Assembly (NCBI GenBank): GCA_964460615.1
Contig: CAYWPX010000004.1
Location: forward strand, 19,116-83,115
From: an uncultured Planctomycetia bacterium
GTDB taxonomy: Bacteria > Omnitrophota > Gorgyraeia > CAYWPX01
Direction: 5' to 3'
Length of the DNA stretch: 64,000 nucleotides
The notes below the pieces were generated by a model. The model ran no database searches, was not told the origin of the DNA, and saw nothing but the letters and a program-made list of their open reading frames with translations. A program made the translations under genes and the position numbers. This document shows positions 9,531 through 18,784 of this stretch, one piece after another (position 1 is the first letter of the stretch; each line of letters begins with the position of its first letter).

Positions 9531-10247
9531 CTAATTATGGTAATCAGGAGGCCCATTGGGATCGCTCAAAATCTTTTTGGTATCATCTATTTCATAGGGG
9601 TCCTCAAAATCCACCCACAAAAACGGGCCTGCTACATGCCCATCAACAAAGAGCGCCATAACGGATATTTTTGAGTAATCAGCCTCACTGTTTCCACAAT
9701 GGCCTGGCATATTAAAAGGATAACACGACTCAAGCCAGACCCTGCTGGTTGGCCTTGTAATAGAAGAATAAGGTCTTGGTAGATTATTCGGTAGCGACGG
9801 TCCATAAAAGAGGATGTTCCAGTTTGCATAATAAGAATTCCCCAATTCCCTGAAACTGATAAACCCGTTTGACTGTTCTTTTGTATCGTCAGGACATTGA
9901 AATATTTTAAGGCCTGGGCTATTATCACTTGTAATATCAAGATATTTATTAAGGACTCTGTCTTTCGTCAGCAAATACCCAAGCCTGCCCTTACCGCCGA
10001 ATTCAAACTGGCTTGTGGTTCCTGGGATATTATCCCCAGGGGATGCAAAAAGAGGAAAAGAGCTATTATGCTCTTCCAGATACATTTGCCACGCTATTCC
10101 ATGCTGACGGAGGTTATTCAGGCATTGTATCCTTCTTCCCTGTTCTCTAACACTTGCCATCGTCGGCAAAAGAAGCCCAGCCAAAATTGCCACGATCACA
10201 ATAACCACCAAAAGCTCTATTAACGTAAACCCGTGGATTCTTTTCAT
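9531..10247 (-). CDS. Prepilin-type N-terminal cleavage/methylation domain protein (H-X9-DG / DUF1559-like pseudopilin family)
   Basis: MKRIHG|[22 protein letters not shown] is a class III signal peptide plus pilin helix. It shares the [27 protein letters not shown] block with the 1..622 gene. Confidence 0.75.
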   Translation of the reverse strand: MKRIHGFTLIELLVVIVIVAILAGLLLPTMASVREQGRRIQCLNNLRQHGIAWQMYLEEHNSSFPLFASPGDNIPGTTSQFEFGGKGRLGYLLTKDRVLNKYLDITSDNSPGLKIFQCPDDTKEQSNGFISFRELGNSYYANWNILFYGPSLPNNLPRPYSSITRPTSRVWLESCYPFNMPGHCGNSEADYSKISVMALFVDGHVAGPFLWVDFEDPYEIDDTKKILSDPNGPPDYHN

Positions 10248-10938
10248 ATTTATATTATATCATTTTTTAAAAAGGAATAGTCTAATTTATCATTTGCTCA
10301 AATAAAAAAAGAGTTCAATTTTGAGCTCTTTTGTTTCATACTATTAATTAGGGAACGGCTATTATTTTTTTAATTACCTTGTTTAAAACCTGTACAACAG
10401 CAACCATTTATTTAAGATTTAATAGAAAGGCCCTTTTTTACTACCCCGCGTCCTTGCCATAACTAAAGTTTACATCTATCAGCTTATATTTCTCTTCTAG
10501 AGATTTCAATTCTTTTATCATCTGCCGCCTAACATGATAGGGGACGGTTCTCTCTAAAATTTCCCGACGAGAGTTTTTGTAGAGAACCGTCCCCTTTACA
10601 CTTATCTAAAAATTTGGGCAACAGCAACCATTTATTTGAGTTTAATAGAAGCTTCGCCTTTTTCTTTATAAGTTCCCCCTGTTGGACGCGTTTAGAGCCA
10701 TGGTATGTAAAAAGATAGCGGAAGAATTAAAACAATACACCTTTATATAAAAACTGAACATTGCTCAGGATTTTATCTCTCGAGCCTTTTTCTTAGTTCA
10801 TCTTGTTCTATGGTGCCAGGCACCACGTTATAAATATTTGATTTAAAATTAGTTATATCTAAAATTTAAAAAAATTGAACAGCGCCCTTTTATTTCCACT
10901 CTGTTCTAGTGATTGGTATTATATCTACGTAATATAAG

Positions 10939-11376
10939 TCATTTATTAGAATAAGTGTATATGACTATTTTGTGGGCCATTTTGGCATTATTACTCACAT
11001 TGACCACTATCTTGCCATCAACCGGGCCGAATATCGTTCCTCCCCCGAAAGTCCCGCTAAATGATGCGACGGTATCCTCAGGTCTGGCTTTAACAATATT
11101 TTGCTGTTCGATTTTTATCGGATAATTTGGCATAGTTTTAAAGTCTTTGGATTTATATTCTTGGCCCTCTTCAAAAGTCATGTCTGACTTAAAGCCGATC
11201 CCTATCTCATTATCTGAATTAATTGTAATGGACTTAGACCCTCCGGCATCAAGAGTAAAATCAGTTACATATTCCTTTCCATCGGGGAGTTTAAACCATT
11301 TCTCCTGTCCATAGCCAAGGTTGCACATAAATATTACCGCTACTAAACAAACCAAATATAACACAATGCGTTTCAT
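10939..11376 (-). CDS. Hypothetical secreted protein (145 aa)
   Basis: Signal peptide MKRIVLYLVCLVAVIFMCNLGYG. No recognisable domain. Confidence 0.45.
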   Translation of the reverse strand: MKRIVLYLVCLVAVIFMCNLGYGQEKWFKLPDGKEYVTDFTLDAGGSKSITINSDNEIGIGFKSDMTFEEGQEYKSKDFKTMPNYPIKIEQQNIVKARPEDTVASFSGTFGGGTIFGPVDGKIVVNVSNNAKMAHKIVIYTYSNK

Positions 11377-11527
11377 GATCTCTCCTTTAATTAAATCTAT
11401 AGTGCCGGATAAAAGGGGTCAGAGTGATTTGTTTTTTCTTCCCCTATAAAATACATTGTCCGAATCTAAACCGTCGGCTTGATTTCTTCGAAATCATTCT
11501 CGCCAAGATTCGGCCTGGCCTCAAGGC

Positions 11528-11556
11528 CAAAAAAAATCCCAAACCGTTTGGTTTGG
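11528..11556 (-). terminator. Rho-independent terminator after the tRNA-Val/tRNA-Asp unit
   Basis: A perfect 8-bp stem cccaaacc/ggtttggg with loop gttt. On the minus strand it is followed by T8 (plus-strand A8 at 11528-11535). Confidence 0.6.
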
Positions 11557-11781
11557 GATAAGGCATTCCTATATATTTTCCGTACTCATAAAGACCTTTG
11601 GTAAAAATTACAGTGCTACAATATTCAGCATATTACATTTTTGAAAACCGAGAATCGGGATTTAGGTCTTTCAACTGCTCCTATTTGTCGCAGTTTCAAG
11701 ATCAAATCTCGTTTTGCGTTAAGGTCCTTCGAACGCGCCTTCTCGTTGCGTTCTCAGGATCAAATCTCGCTTCGCGAGATT

Positions 11782-11859
11782 TGGCGGGGACGATGGGATT
11801 CGAACCCACGATCACGTGATCGACAGTCACGGGTCTTAGGCCATCTAGACGACGTCCCC
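11782..11859 (-). tRNA. tRNA-Asp (anticodon GTC)
   Basis: The reverse complement folds into a canonical cloverleaf: acceptor GGGGACG/CGTCCCC, D-stem GTCT/AGAC, anticodon stem CGTGA/TCACG with loop CTGTCGA, T-arm GTGGG-TTCGAAT-CCCAT. CCA is encoded. Confidence 0.85.
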
Positions 11860-12170
11860 GAATTTGCTACGCAAATTCGATTCTTTAGTAACATTAACAA
11901 TGCGACCGAAGGGAGCATTATACCCACTAAAGAATCAAAGCAATAGAAAAATCAGTCTTTTTGTAACCCTAGTAATGTTCCAAAGGAACATTATTCGCAC
12001 AAAAAGACCAAAAACTTATTATTTATATCAAAAAGAACTTGGACTTTGCATCAAATCTTGCCACCATCGAATCTAAACCGTCGGCCTAATCTCAAAAAAT
12101 TAGCACAATTTTTTGACATTATGCTCGACAAGATTCGATGCGCACAAAAATTTATTAGATTTTTGTGCAG

Positions 12171-12247
12171 TGGTGGGCAAGACAGGACTCGAACCTGTAA
12201 CCCCTCGGATGTAAACCGAGTGCGCCAACCGATTGCGCCACTTGCCC
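12171..12247 (-). tRNA. tRNA-Val (anticodon TAC)
   Basis: The reverse complement is GGGCAAGTGGCGCAATCGGTTGGCGCACTCGGTTTACATCCGAGGGGTTACAGGTTCGAGTCCTGTCTTGCCCACCA. It forms a canonical cloverleaf with anticodon loop TTTACAT and T-loop TTCGAGT. CCA is encoded. Confidence 0.85.
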
Positions 12248-12555
12248 TGGCCTTGCCTTACTTTAGTCCCGTTTCAAAAACGGAGTTAAATCTTATCACA
12301 AAGAGCCCCGGGTGTCAATGGAATAATTCCTTAGCTATCAGCCCTCAGCTTGCAGCCTTCAGCTATTTTTTCTCTCGTCTCTCGTCCGTCGTCCTTCGTC
12401 TATCGGTTTTACTATCAGCTATGAGCTATATTGTCCCCGCTTCGTAGAATTCATCAAAAATCTTCTCCGGGAATCCTCTGGATTTCCAGGTAGTAATATT
12501 TTTGATGAACTCCGCGGGATAGTTGATAACCGTGTAAAACCGTAGGTTTCACACA

Positions 12556-13155
12556 TCAACTAATCTTCCTCGACCCCGGCTTCACTATCTCAATCCCCTC
12601 TTCACATAAAGGGCAATGGTCTGGTTGAAAGGTCTCAATATCTACCTTAATAAGGCTAACGTACTTGGTGCCAAAGTCTACTTTTTCGTTGCTTCTATCT
12701 ATTATTACAGCTACGCCGGCAAGTTTTGCACCGGAGTTACGCACTAGCTTTACTACCTCTTTAATTGACCCGCCTGTTGTCATGACATCTTCTACCACAA
12801 GCACCTTATCCTCAGGGCCTATATGGAAACCTCTTCTAAAAGTCATTTCGCCGTTTTCTCTTTCGGCAAAGATAGACCTGACTTTGAGCGCGCGTCCGGC
12901 TTCGTAAGAGACAATCACTCCGCCTAATGCCGGGCCTGCTACTACTGTAATGCCGGATTTTTTGAAGGGCACAACAAGCTCCTTGCATAAAACTTCTGCA
13001 TACTTCGGATACTGCAACACTTTGGCGCACTGAAGATAGTGGCCGCTATGTAACCCGCTAGTTAAACGAAAATGTCCCCTCAAAAGCGCTCCAGTGGTCC
13101 TAAATATTTCTAAAAACTTATCTTTTTTTGTTGGTTTTGATTTTTTATTTGCCAT
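12556..13155 (-). CDS. pyrE: Orotate phosphoribosyltransferase
   Basis: PRPP-binding motif VLVVEDVMTTGGSIKEVV, 199 aa. It is the last gene of the pyr operon. Confidence 0.85.
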   Translation of the reverse strand: MANKKSKPTKKDKFLEIFRTTGALLRGHFRLTSGLHSGHYLQCAKVLQYPKYAEVLCKELVVPFKKSGITVVAGPALGGVIVSYEAGRALKVRSIFAERENGEMTFRRGFHIGPEDKVLVVEDVMTTGGSIKEVVKLVRNSGAKLAGVAVIIDRSNEKVDFGTKYVSLIKVDIETFQPDHCPLCEEGIEIVKPGSRKIS

Positions 13156-13296
13156 TTAAGTCCTCTTTTTGAATGACTCCGATTTGCCCTTTAAGGGCAA
13201 CATCGGAGGAATCAGTCCCGTAACTTACGTAAAAAATTTATTGCCGATGAACCTACGGTAAGAAATTTTTAGTGCCTAAGTTAGGGACTACCTTAA

Positions 13297-14016
13297 TTAT
13301 TGCGCTTCTTTGATCTCCTTTAATATCATAAGCGCTGCTTTTTTGGGGTCATCTGCCATAGTTATGGGCCTTCCCACAACTATAAAATCAGCGCCGTTTT
13401 TTATAGCATCTTTTGGCGTAGCGATCCTCTTCTGGTCGCCCTTACTAGCCCATAGAGGCCTCACTCCTGGTGTAACAATAATGAAATTTTTACCGAATTT
13501 TTTCCTGAGCATAGTAACTTCTTTCGGCGAAGCCACTACTCCGTCAAGGCCTGAACTTTTGGCCATACCGGAAAGTTTTAGTATATTAGCCCCTACGGCA
13601 CCTTTGAGGCCGATACTCTTAAGTTCTTTATCGTCGATACTTGTAAGTATCGTCACTCCTATTAAAATCGGCTTTTGAACTTTAAGCGCCTTTGCCTGAA
13701 GCTTCACGGACTTTGCGGTCTCTTTCATCATGCTTGGCCCACCGAGCGTATGGACATTGAACATAAAAACTTTTTTACTGACGGCTATTTTAGCGGCACT
13801 CGAAACGGTATTCGGTATATCATGGAACTTCAGATCCAAAAATACTTTACATCCTAAGCTATGGACCATCTTTATCGCTTCCGGCCCGCAATTTGTAAAT
13901 AGTTCACTGCCTATCTTAAATATCTTTACATAAGGCTGCAATTTCATTACAAGCCGCTCTGCCTTATACAAATTATCTACATCCAAAGCTACAATTAACT
14001 TATCACTAGCATTCAT
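13297..14016 (-). CDS. pyrF: Orotidine 5'-phosphate decarboxylase
   Basis: Motifs LIVALDV, FKIGSELF and FLDLKFHDIPNTV. The likely start is the ATG at 14014-14016 (MNASDKL). The ORF-track start at 14037 is a GTG-initiated N-terminal extension. Confidence 0.85.
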   Translation of the reverse strand: MNASDKLIVALDVDNLYKAERLVMKLQPYVKIFKIGSELFTNCGPEAIKMVHSLGCKVFLDLKFHDIPNTVSSAAKIAVSKKVFMFNVHTLGGPSMMKETAKSVKLQAKALKVQKPILIGVTILTSIDDKELKSIGLKGAVGANILKLSGMAKSSGLDGVVASPKEVTMLRKKFGKNFIIVTPGVRPLWASKGDQKRIATPKDAIKNGADFIVVGRPITMADDPKKAALMILKEIKEAQ

Positions 14017-14185
14017 ATTTTGCTCCACGAGGAGCACTCCGCCGCCTACCTATTGCGGCGGGAGCTTCTCTCTCATTTTAGGTAATTAGGTAAAATCTGA
14101 GCACTTAATTGCTATTTATTTTTTGCTTTTGCTATCAGCTATGAGCAATGAGCTACGAGCTTTTTCTTTATGCTTCGCCTAATCG

Positions 14186-15118
14186 CTATTCCTTTAAGCT
14201 TCCCACGAGTTTCTTAAAATCTGATATATTATTATTGATCAAATATTCCTTTATTCCTTCAAGAATATCAATCGATACTCTGGGATCAATAAAATTGGCA
14301 GTTCCCACTGATACAGCACTTGCCCCGGCAATGATAAATTGCAGAGCGTCATCAGCTGTCATTATCCCGCCCATTCCAATCACCGGTATCTCTACGGCCT
14401 TATAAACTTCTCTAACCATATAACAGGCGATCGGCCTTATACACGGGCCGCTAAGGCCTCCTGTAATATTCGCCAGATGTGAAGCCCTCGATTTAGTATC
14501 AATACTTAAACCAATAAAAGTATTCACAAGCGCAATCGCATCCGCCCCGCCTTTTTTGGCGGCTCTTGCTATCGGCTTAATATCGGTAACGTTGGGAGAC
14601 AACTTTGCAATCAACGGAAGTTTCGTAGCTTTTCTACAGCTTGAGACAATTTTTTCTACCAGCAATTCATCCTGCGAAAATAAGTGACACTTTCCATGGG
14701 CTCCATGTTCAATATTCGGGCAGGAGACATTTATCTCAATAGCTGCTACGCCCTTCACCTTATCAAGCTTTGAAGCCATTACCTTAAATTCTTCGATCTT
14801 GCCGCCCCCGATACTCACTATAGTAGTAATGCCTTTTTTTCTAAGGGCAGGGATCTTATTTTCTATAAGCTCATCTATACCTTCATTCTGGAGTCCTATC
14901 GCATTGAGCATCCCCGAAGGGGTCTCAATGATCCTTGGGGGTTTATTGCCTAAGCGGGGTTCCAATGTAACGGTTTTTGTCGTGATGGCGCCTATTTTTT
15001 TTATGTCAAAAAACTTTTCAAATTCCTTACCGTAGCCAAAGGTACCCGAAGCTACGATTACAGGATTTTTGAGTTTAAGCTTTCCTATATTTATCTCTAG
15101 TTTTGGTTTCATTGCCAT
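14186..15118 (-). CDS. pyrD: Dihydroorotate dehydrogenase catalytic subunit (class 1B)
   Basis: NPVIVASGTFGYG, the LGNKPPRI..TPSGMLNAIGLQN..G motif, and the FMN-binding C-terminus IGMGGIMTADDALQFIIAGASAVSVGTA. Confidence 0.9.
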   Translation of the reverse strand: MAMKPKLEINIGKLKLKNPVIVASGTFGYGKEFEKFFDIKKIGAITTKTVTLEPRLGNKPPRIIETPSGMLNAIGLQNEGIDELIENKIPALRKKGITTIVSIGGGKIEEFKVMASKLDKVKGVAAIEINVSCPNIEHGAHGKCHLFSQDELLVEKIVSSCRKATKLPLIAKLSPNVTDIKPIARAAKKGGADAIALVNTFIGLSIDTKSRASHLANITGGLSGPCIRPIACYMVREVYKAVEIPVIGMGGIMTADDALQFIIAGASAVSVGTANFIDPRVSIDILEGIKEYLINNNISDFKKLVGSLKE

Positions 15119-15882
15119 TTAATCTCTTTTGCATCAAATACCGGCCCGTCGCTGCAGACATTCTTATACCCGGAACGCGTCAATACCGAACAGCCCATGC
15201 ACGCTCCTATTCCACATGCCATTCTCTCTTCAAGCGATACTTCGCATTGGACCCCATAGCTTTTCGCAAGCCTAGCCACCTCTTCCATCATGATATGCGG
15301 GCCGCAGGTAAATATCTTGGAATTTACTTTGAGTTTTGGCAGATGCCTTTTAAGTTCATCAGTTACAAAACCTTTCCTGCCTTCACTTCCGTCGTCAGTA
15401 GATATACGGACATCCACGCCAAGTCTTTTTAGTTCGCTCTCGCATATGATAAACTTTCTGGATTTTGCACCGAGAAAAATAATGGTCTTTCTTTTCAGCC
15501 TTACAAGTTCCAGGGCTAAAGCATGTAATGGAGCTATGCCCATACCGCCTGCCACAAGAACATTAACTGTTTCTTTATCTTTCGGGATATTAAAGGTATT
15601 CCCTAAAGGAGCAATAACATCGATCACATCGCCGGGGATTTTCCCGGAAAGAAGTTCCGTACCTCTTCCGATAACCCTATAGAGCACTTCAATCCTGTCT
15701 TTATCAATATTGAATATACTGAACGGCCTTCTTAGCAATGGATCCGTCGAACCACTCAGTTTTATATGAATAAATTGTCCGGGGAGAATTTTTCCGGAAA
15801 GGGCTTTGTCCTCGAAAACAAGCTTATAGTGTTCAGGAACGATCCTTGTGTTCGATAATATCTTTACAATTTTATTTTCCAT
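15109..15882 (-). CDS. pyrK: Dihydroorotate dehydrogenase electron-transfer subunit (FAD/NAD-binding, 2Fe-2S)
   Basis: A ferredoxin-reductase-type fold with the C-terminal cluster motif CGIGACMGCSV. It overlaps pyrD by 10 nt. Confidence 0.85.
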   Translation of the reverse strand: MENKIVKILSNTRIVPEHYKLVFEDKALSGKILPGQFIHIKLSGSTDPLLRRPFSIFNIDKDRIEVLYRVIGRGTELLSGKIPGDVIDVIAPLGNTFNIPKDKETVNVLVAGGMGIAPLHALALELVRLKRKTIIFLGAKSRKFIICESELKRLGVDVRISTDDGSEGRKGFVTDELKRHLPKLKVNSKIFTCGPHIMMEEVARLAKSYGVQCEVSLEERMACGIGACMGCSVLTRSGYKNVCSDGPVFDAKEIKWQ

Positions 15883-15884
15883 AT

Positions 15885-17462
15885 CTATTTTTTTAATCCG
15901 GCCTGGTATTCCTGTATGGTCTTCACGCTTAAAGGCTTCTTCCTCAGGCTCTCCATGCCTGTTATAGACGCCTGCGCTCCTGAAATAGTCGTTATGCAGG
16001 GTATATCAAATTGCACCGCAACTGCCCTGATCTTACCTTCGTCCTCTTTAGGCCCTTTTCCGGTCGGTGTATTTATGATCAAAGATATCTTCCCGTCCCT
16101 TATTAGGTCCAGAAGGTTAGGCCTTCCTTCATGAAGTTTAGGAACCAGCTCTACAGGAATGCCGCTATTTAAGAGCGCTTTTCCTGTGCCTTCGGTAGCA
16201 TACAATTTAAAACCCATATCTGTCAGTTTCTTTGCAATAAATATGATCGAGCGTTTGTCTTTATGAGTAACGCTTATAAAAATATTCCCAGAAGTCGGGA
16301 GGTTCTGTCCGGCGGCTATCTGGCTTTTAATAAATGCAGCCCCAAAATCCTTGTCCAAGCCCATAACTTCGCCCGTGGATTTCATCTCCGGGCCTAAAAC
16401 TATATCTACTCCAGGGAAACGATTAAAAGGAAATACCGATTCCTTGACGGCAAAATAATTTATCTTAACTTCTTTAGTAAAACCTATCTCTTCAAGGGTC
16501 TTCCCTACCATTATCATGGTGGCGTATTTTACGAGGGGGATCCCGGTGGCTTTGCTTATAAAAGGAACTGTCCTTGACGCCCTGGGATTTACCTCAAGTA
16601 CGAATAATTCGTCATTTTTTACTGCGAACTGAATATTCATGAGGCCTTTTACATTGAGCTCTTTCGCCAGTTTGTGAGTAGCGTTCCTTACCCTATTCAT
16701 CAGATCCTCACTTAGCGTATAAGGAGGGAGCACCATAGCGCTATCCCCCGAATGTATACCAGCCTCTTCTATATGCTCCATAATGCCGCCTATTACAGAG
16801 ATCTTACCGTCTGAAATAGCATCCACATCGATCTCCATGGCGTCTTCAAGGAATTTATCTATCAATATAGGATGTTCCGGGGAAGCTTTTACCGCTTCAT
16901 GCATATATCTATCCAAGCCAACCTCATCATAAACTATCTCCATTGCCCTTCCGCCCAACACATAGCTTGGCCTTACTACTACAGGATAACCGATCGAAGC
17001 CGCAAGCTTTTTGGCCTCCGGGACTGATGTTGAGGTACCATTCTCCGGCTGTTTAAGATTGAGTTTTTTTAAAAGCACCTGGAATCTTTTTCTATCTTCC
17101 GCCTTATCTATGGAGTCTGATGAGGTCCCGAGTATCTTTACACCCGCCTTTTGTAAAGGGACCGCGAGATTTAAAGGTGTCTGGCCGCCGAATTGGACTA
17201 TTACTCCTATCGGCTTTTCCTCTTCTATAATATTTAATACATCTTCTTTTGTAAGAGGCTCAAAATATAGCTTATCAGATGTATCATAATCCGTAGAGAC
17301 GGTTTCCGGATTGGAATTTACCATTATTGACGTATAACCGATATCTCTGAGGGCGTATGCCGCGTGTACACAGCAATAGTCAAACTCTATGCCCTGACCG
17401 ATCCTGTTTGGGCCTCCTCCGAGAATAACGACTTTTTTGCTATTAGATTTTACTTTTACCAT
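15885..17462 (-). CDS. carB: Carbamoyl-phosphate synthase large subunit, C-terminal half only (second ATP-grasp/carbamate-phosphorylating domain plus MGS-like domain)
   Basis: Colinear with E. coli CarB residues ~553-1073. Matching blocks include [74 protein letters not shown] and [26 protein letters not shown]. The N-terminal half and carA are absent from the operon and the window. Confidence 0.8.
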   Translation of the reverse strand: [525 protein letters not shown]

Positions 17463-17545
17463 TATATTATCCTTTAATTTCCAGACTTATAAAGCTCATG
17501 GTTCATAGCTCATGGCTCATAGTTTCATGAATCTAAACAAAACTA

Positions 17546-18784
17546 CTAAAAGAACTCCATCTGTTTACTACTTGGCAAATTTTTACCGCCATCAAGAACC
17601 TTTATCTTGCCGAATACCCCGTCATATCCTGGTATCTTTTTTATGCTGTTATTGCGTAAATTAATTATACCCTGGGCAATCCTGGGATTCATATTACGAA
17701 CTAGATCATTCTCTGGGATATCAATTAGTATATCAAATTCGCTCCCAAATTGCCCTATCAATTTTAAATATTCCTTCTCGGCCGCGCGGGATTCCTTGCC
17801 GACCAGAAGCGCTTCACTAATTATCTCGATAAGCGGCACTAAACTCTTAAAGGCCGGCGGGTCCTTAGGAATATAATCAACTTTTCTATCCGAAAGAGCA
17901 CCGCACCTCGATAGAACGCCGACTGTCAATGGTTTGGTGCATTTCGGGCATCTTTGGAAAACATTTTTTGATTCCAAAGGTGACAGGCTGATTTCGCATG
18001 GCCTATGGCCGTCCCAGTAGTATTTCCCCTCTTCCGGGAAAAACTCAATAGTATAAAGAAACCTGCTTCTATCTTTAGTCTTAAGTATCTCTATAAGTTC
18101 CCTGTAGGTGAATTTCTTATTAAAAACATTGGCTTCCCTGCCAAGCTTTGTAAATGAATGCGCATCCGAATTTGAGATAAGGCTGAATCTATCTAAACAT
18201 GAGGCCCTCTCTGACATGGACGGATCACTCGACAAGCCTGTCTCCAGAGCAAAGATCTTGTCGGATTCACCCTCAAAACATTCTTCAAACTTATCAAACC
18301 CGGAATTAGAACCAAATACCGAAAAATGTGGCGTCCATATATGCGCCGGAACAATGAATGCTTCAGGGGATATATTTGATACCTTCTTGACAAGCCTGTC
18401 ACATTCCAATTTCAGTATCGGCCGGCCATCGCTTGAGAGGTTTCCGTATTCCGAGAGGGATTTATTTATTTCACGGGCGATTTTAAAACTCGGGGCAAAG
18501 ATCATATTATGGACTTTGCGAACCTTCCCGGCTTTAAAATAGATATTGGATACTTCCGCAGTAAGAATAAAATATATATTATTAAACCTGTACATTCCAT
18601 ATTCATCGCCGGATAGTTCTTTTTCGAGAATATCGATCCATTCCGGATGGGTAAAATCTCCTGTTCCAAGGCAAGATATCCCTTTATACCCGGCCCACTT
18701 GCTCAAATTGGGAAGATCTATATCAGGGCTCGTGGCGAGAGAATATCTTGAATGGATATGCAGATCCGCAATAAATTTATCCAT
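17546..18784 (-). CDS. PHP-domain protein with a C-terminal Cys cluster; endonuclease Q-like (TIGR00375-like)
   Basis: The N-terminus FIADLHIHSRYSLATSP is a PHP-type metal-binding signature (DLHxHS). 412 aa with conserved His/Asp residues and a CPKC...C cysteine-rich region near the C-terminus. It is inserted between pyrC and carB. Confidence 0.45.
   Translation of the reverse strand: MDKFIADLHIHSRYSLATSPDIDLPNLSKWAGYKGISCLGTGDFTHPEWIDILEKELSGDEYGMYRFNNIYFILTAEVSNIYFKAGKVRKVHNMIFAPSFKIAREINKSLSEYGNLSSDGRPILKLECDRLVKKVSNISPEAFIVPAHIWTPHFSVFGSNSGFDKFEECFEGESDKIFALETGLSSDPSMSERASCLDRFSLISNSDAHSFTKLGREANVFNKKFTYRELIEILKTKDRSRFLYTIEFFPEEGKYYWDGHRPCEISLSPLESKNVFQRCPKCTKPLTVGVLSRCGALSDRKVDYIPKDPPAFKSLVPLIEIISEALLVGKESRAAEKEYLKLIGQFGSEFDILIDIPENDLVRNMNPRIAQGIINLRNNSIKKIPGYDGVFGKIKVLDGGKNLPSSKQMEFF

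Noticed and set aside
9632-10223. ORFs 9632..9940(-) and 9897..10223(+)
   Set aside because: They overlap the H-X9-DG prepilin gene 9531..10247 in other frames. Their low-complexity products are typical of shadow ORFs.
10441-10540. Tiny minus-strand ORF MIKELKSLEEKYKLIDVNFSYGKDAG in the 690-bp spacer
   Set aside because: 26 aa, no convincing RBS, no recognisable family. I mention it only because the spacer is otherwise empty.
11598-12447. Plus-strand ORFs 11598..11819, 11641..11946, 11864..12076, 12046..12447
   Set aside because: They cover the two minus-strand tRNA genes and their spacer. The products are low-complexity and Arg/Ser-rich, as expected for translated tRNA and structured DNA.
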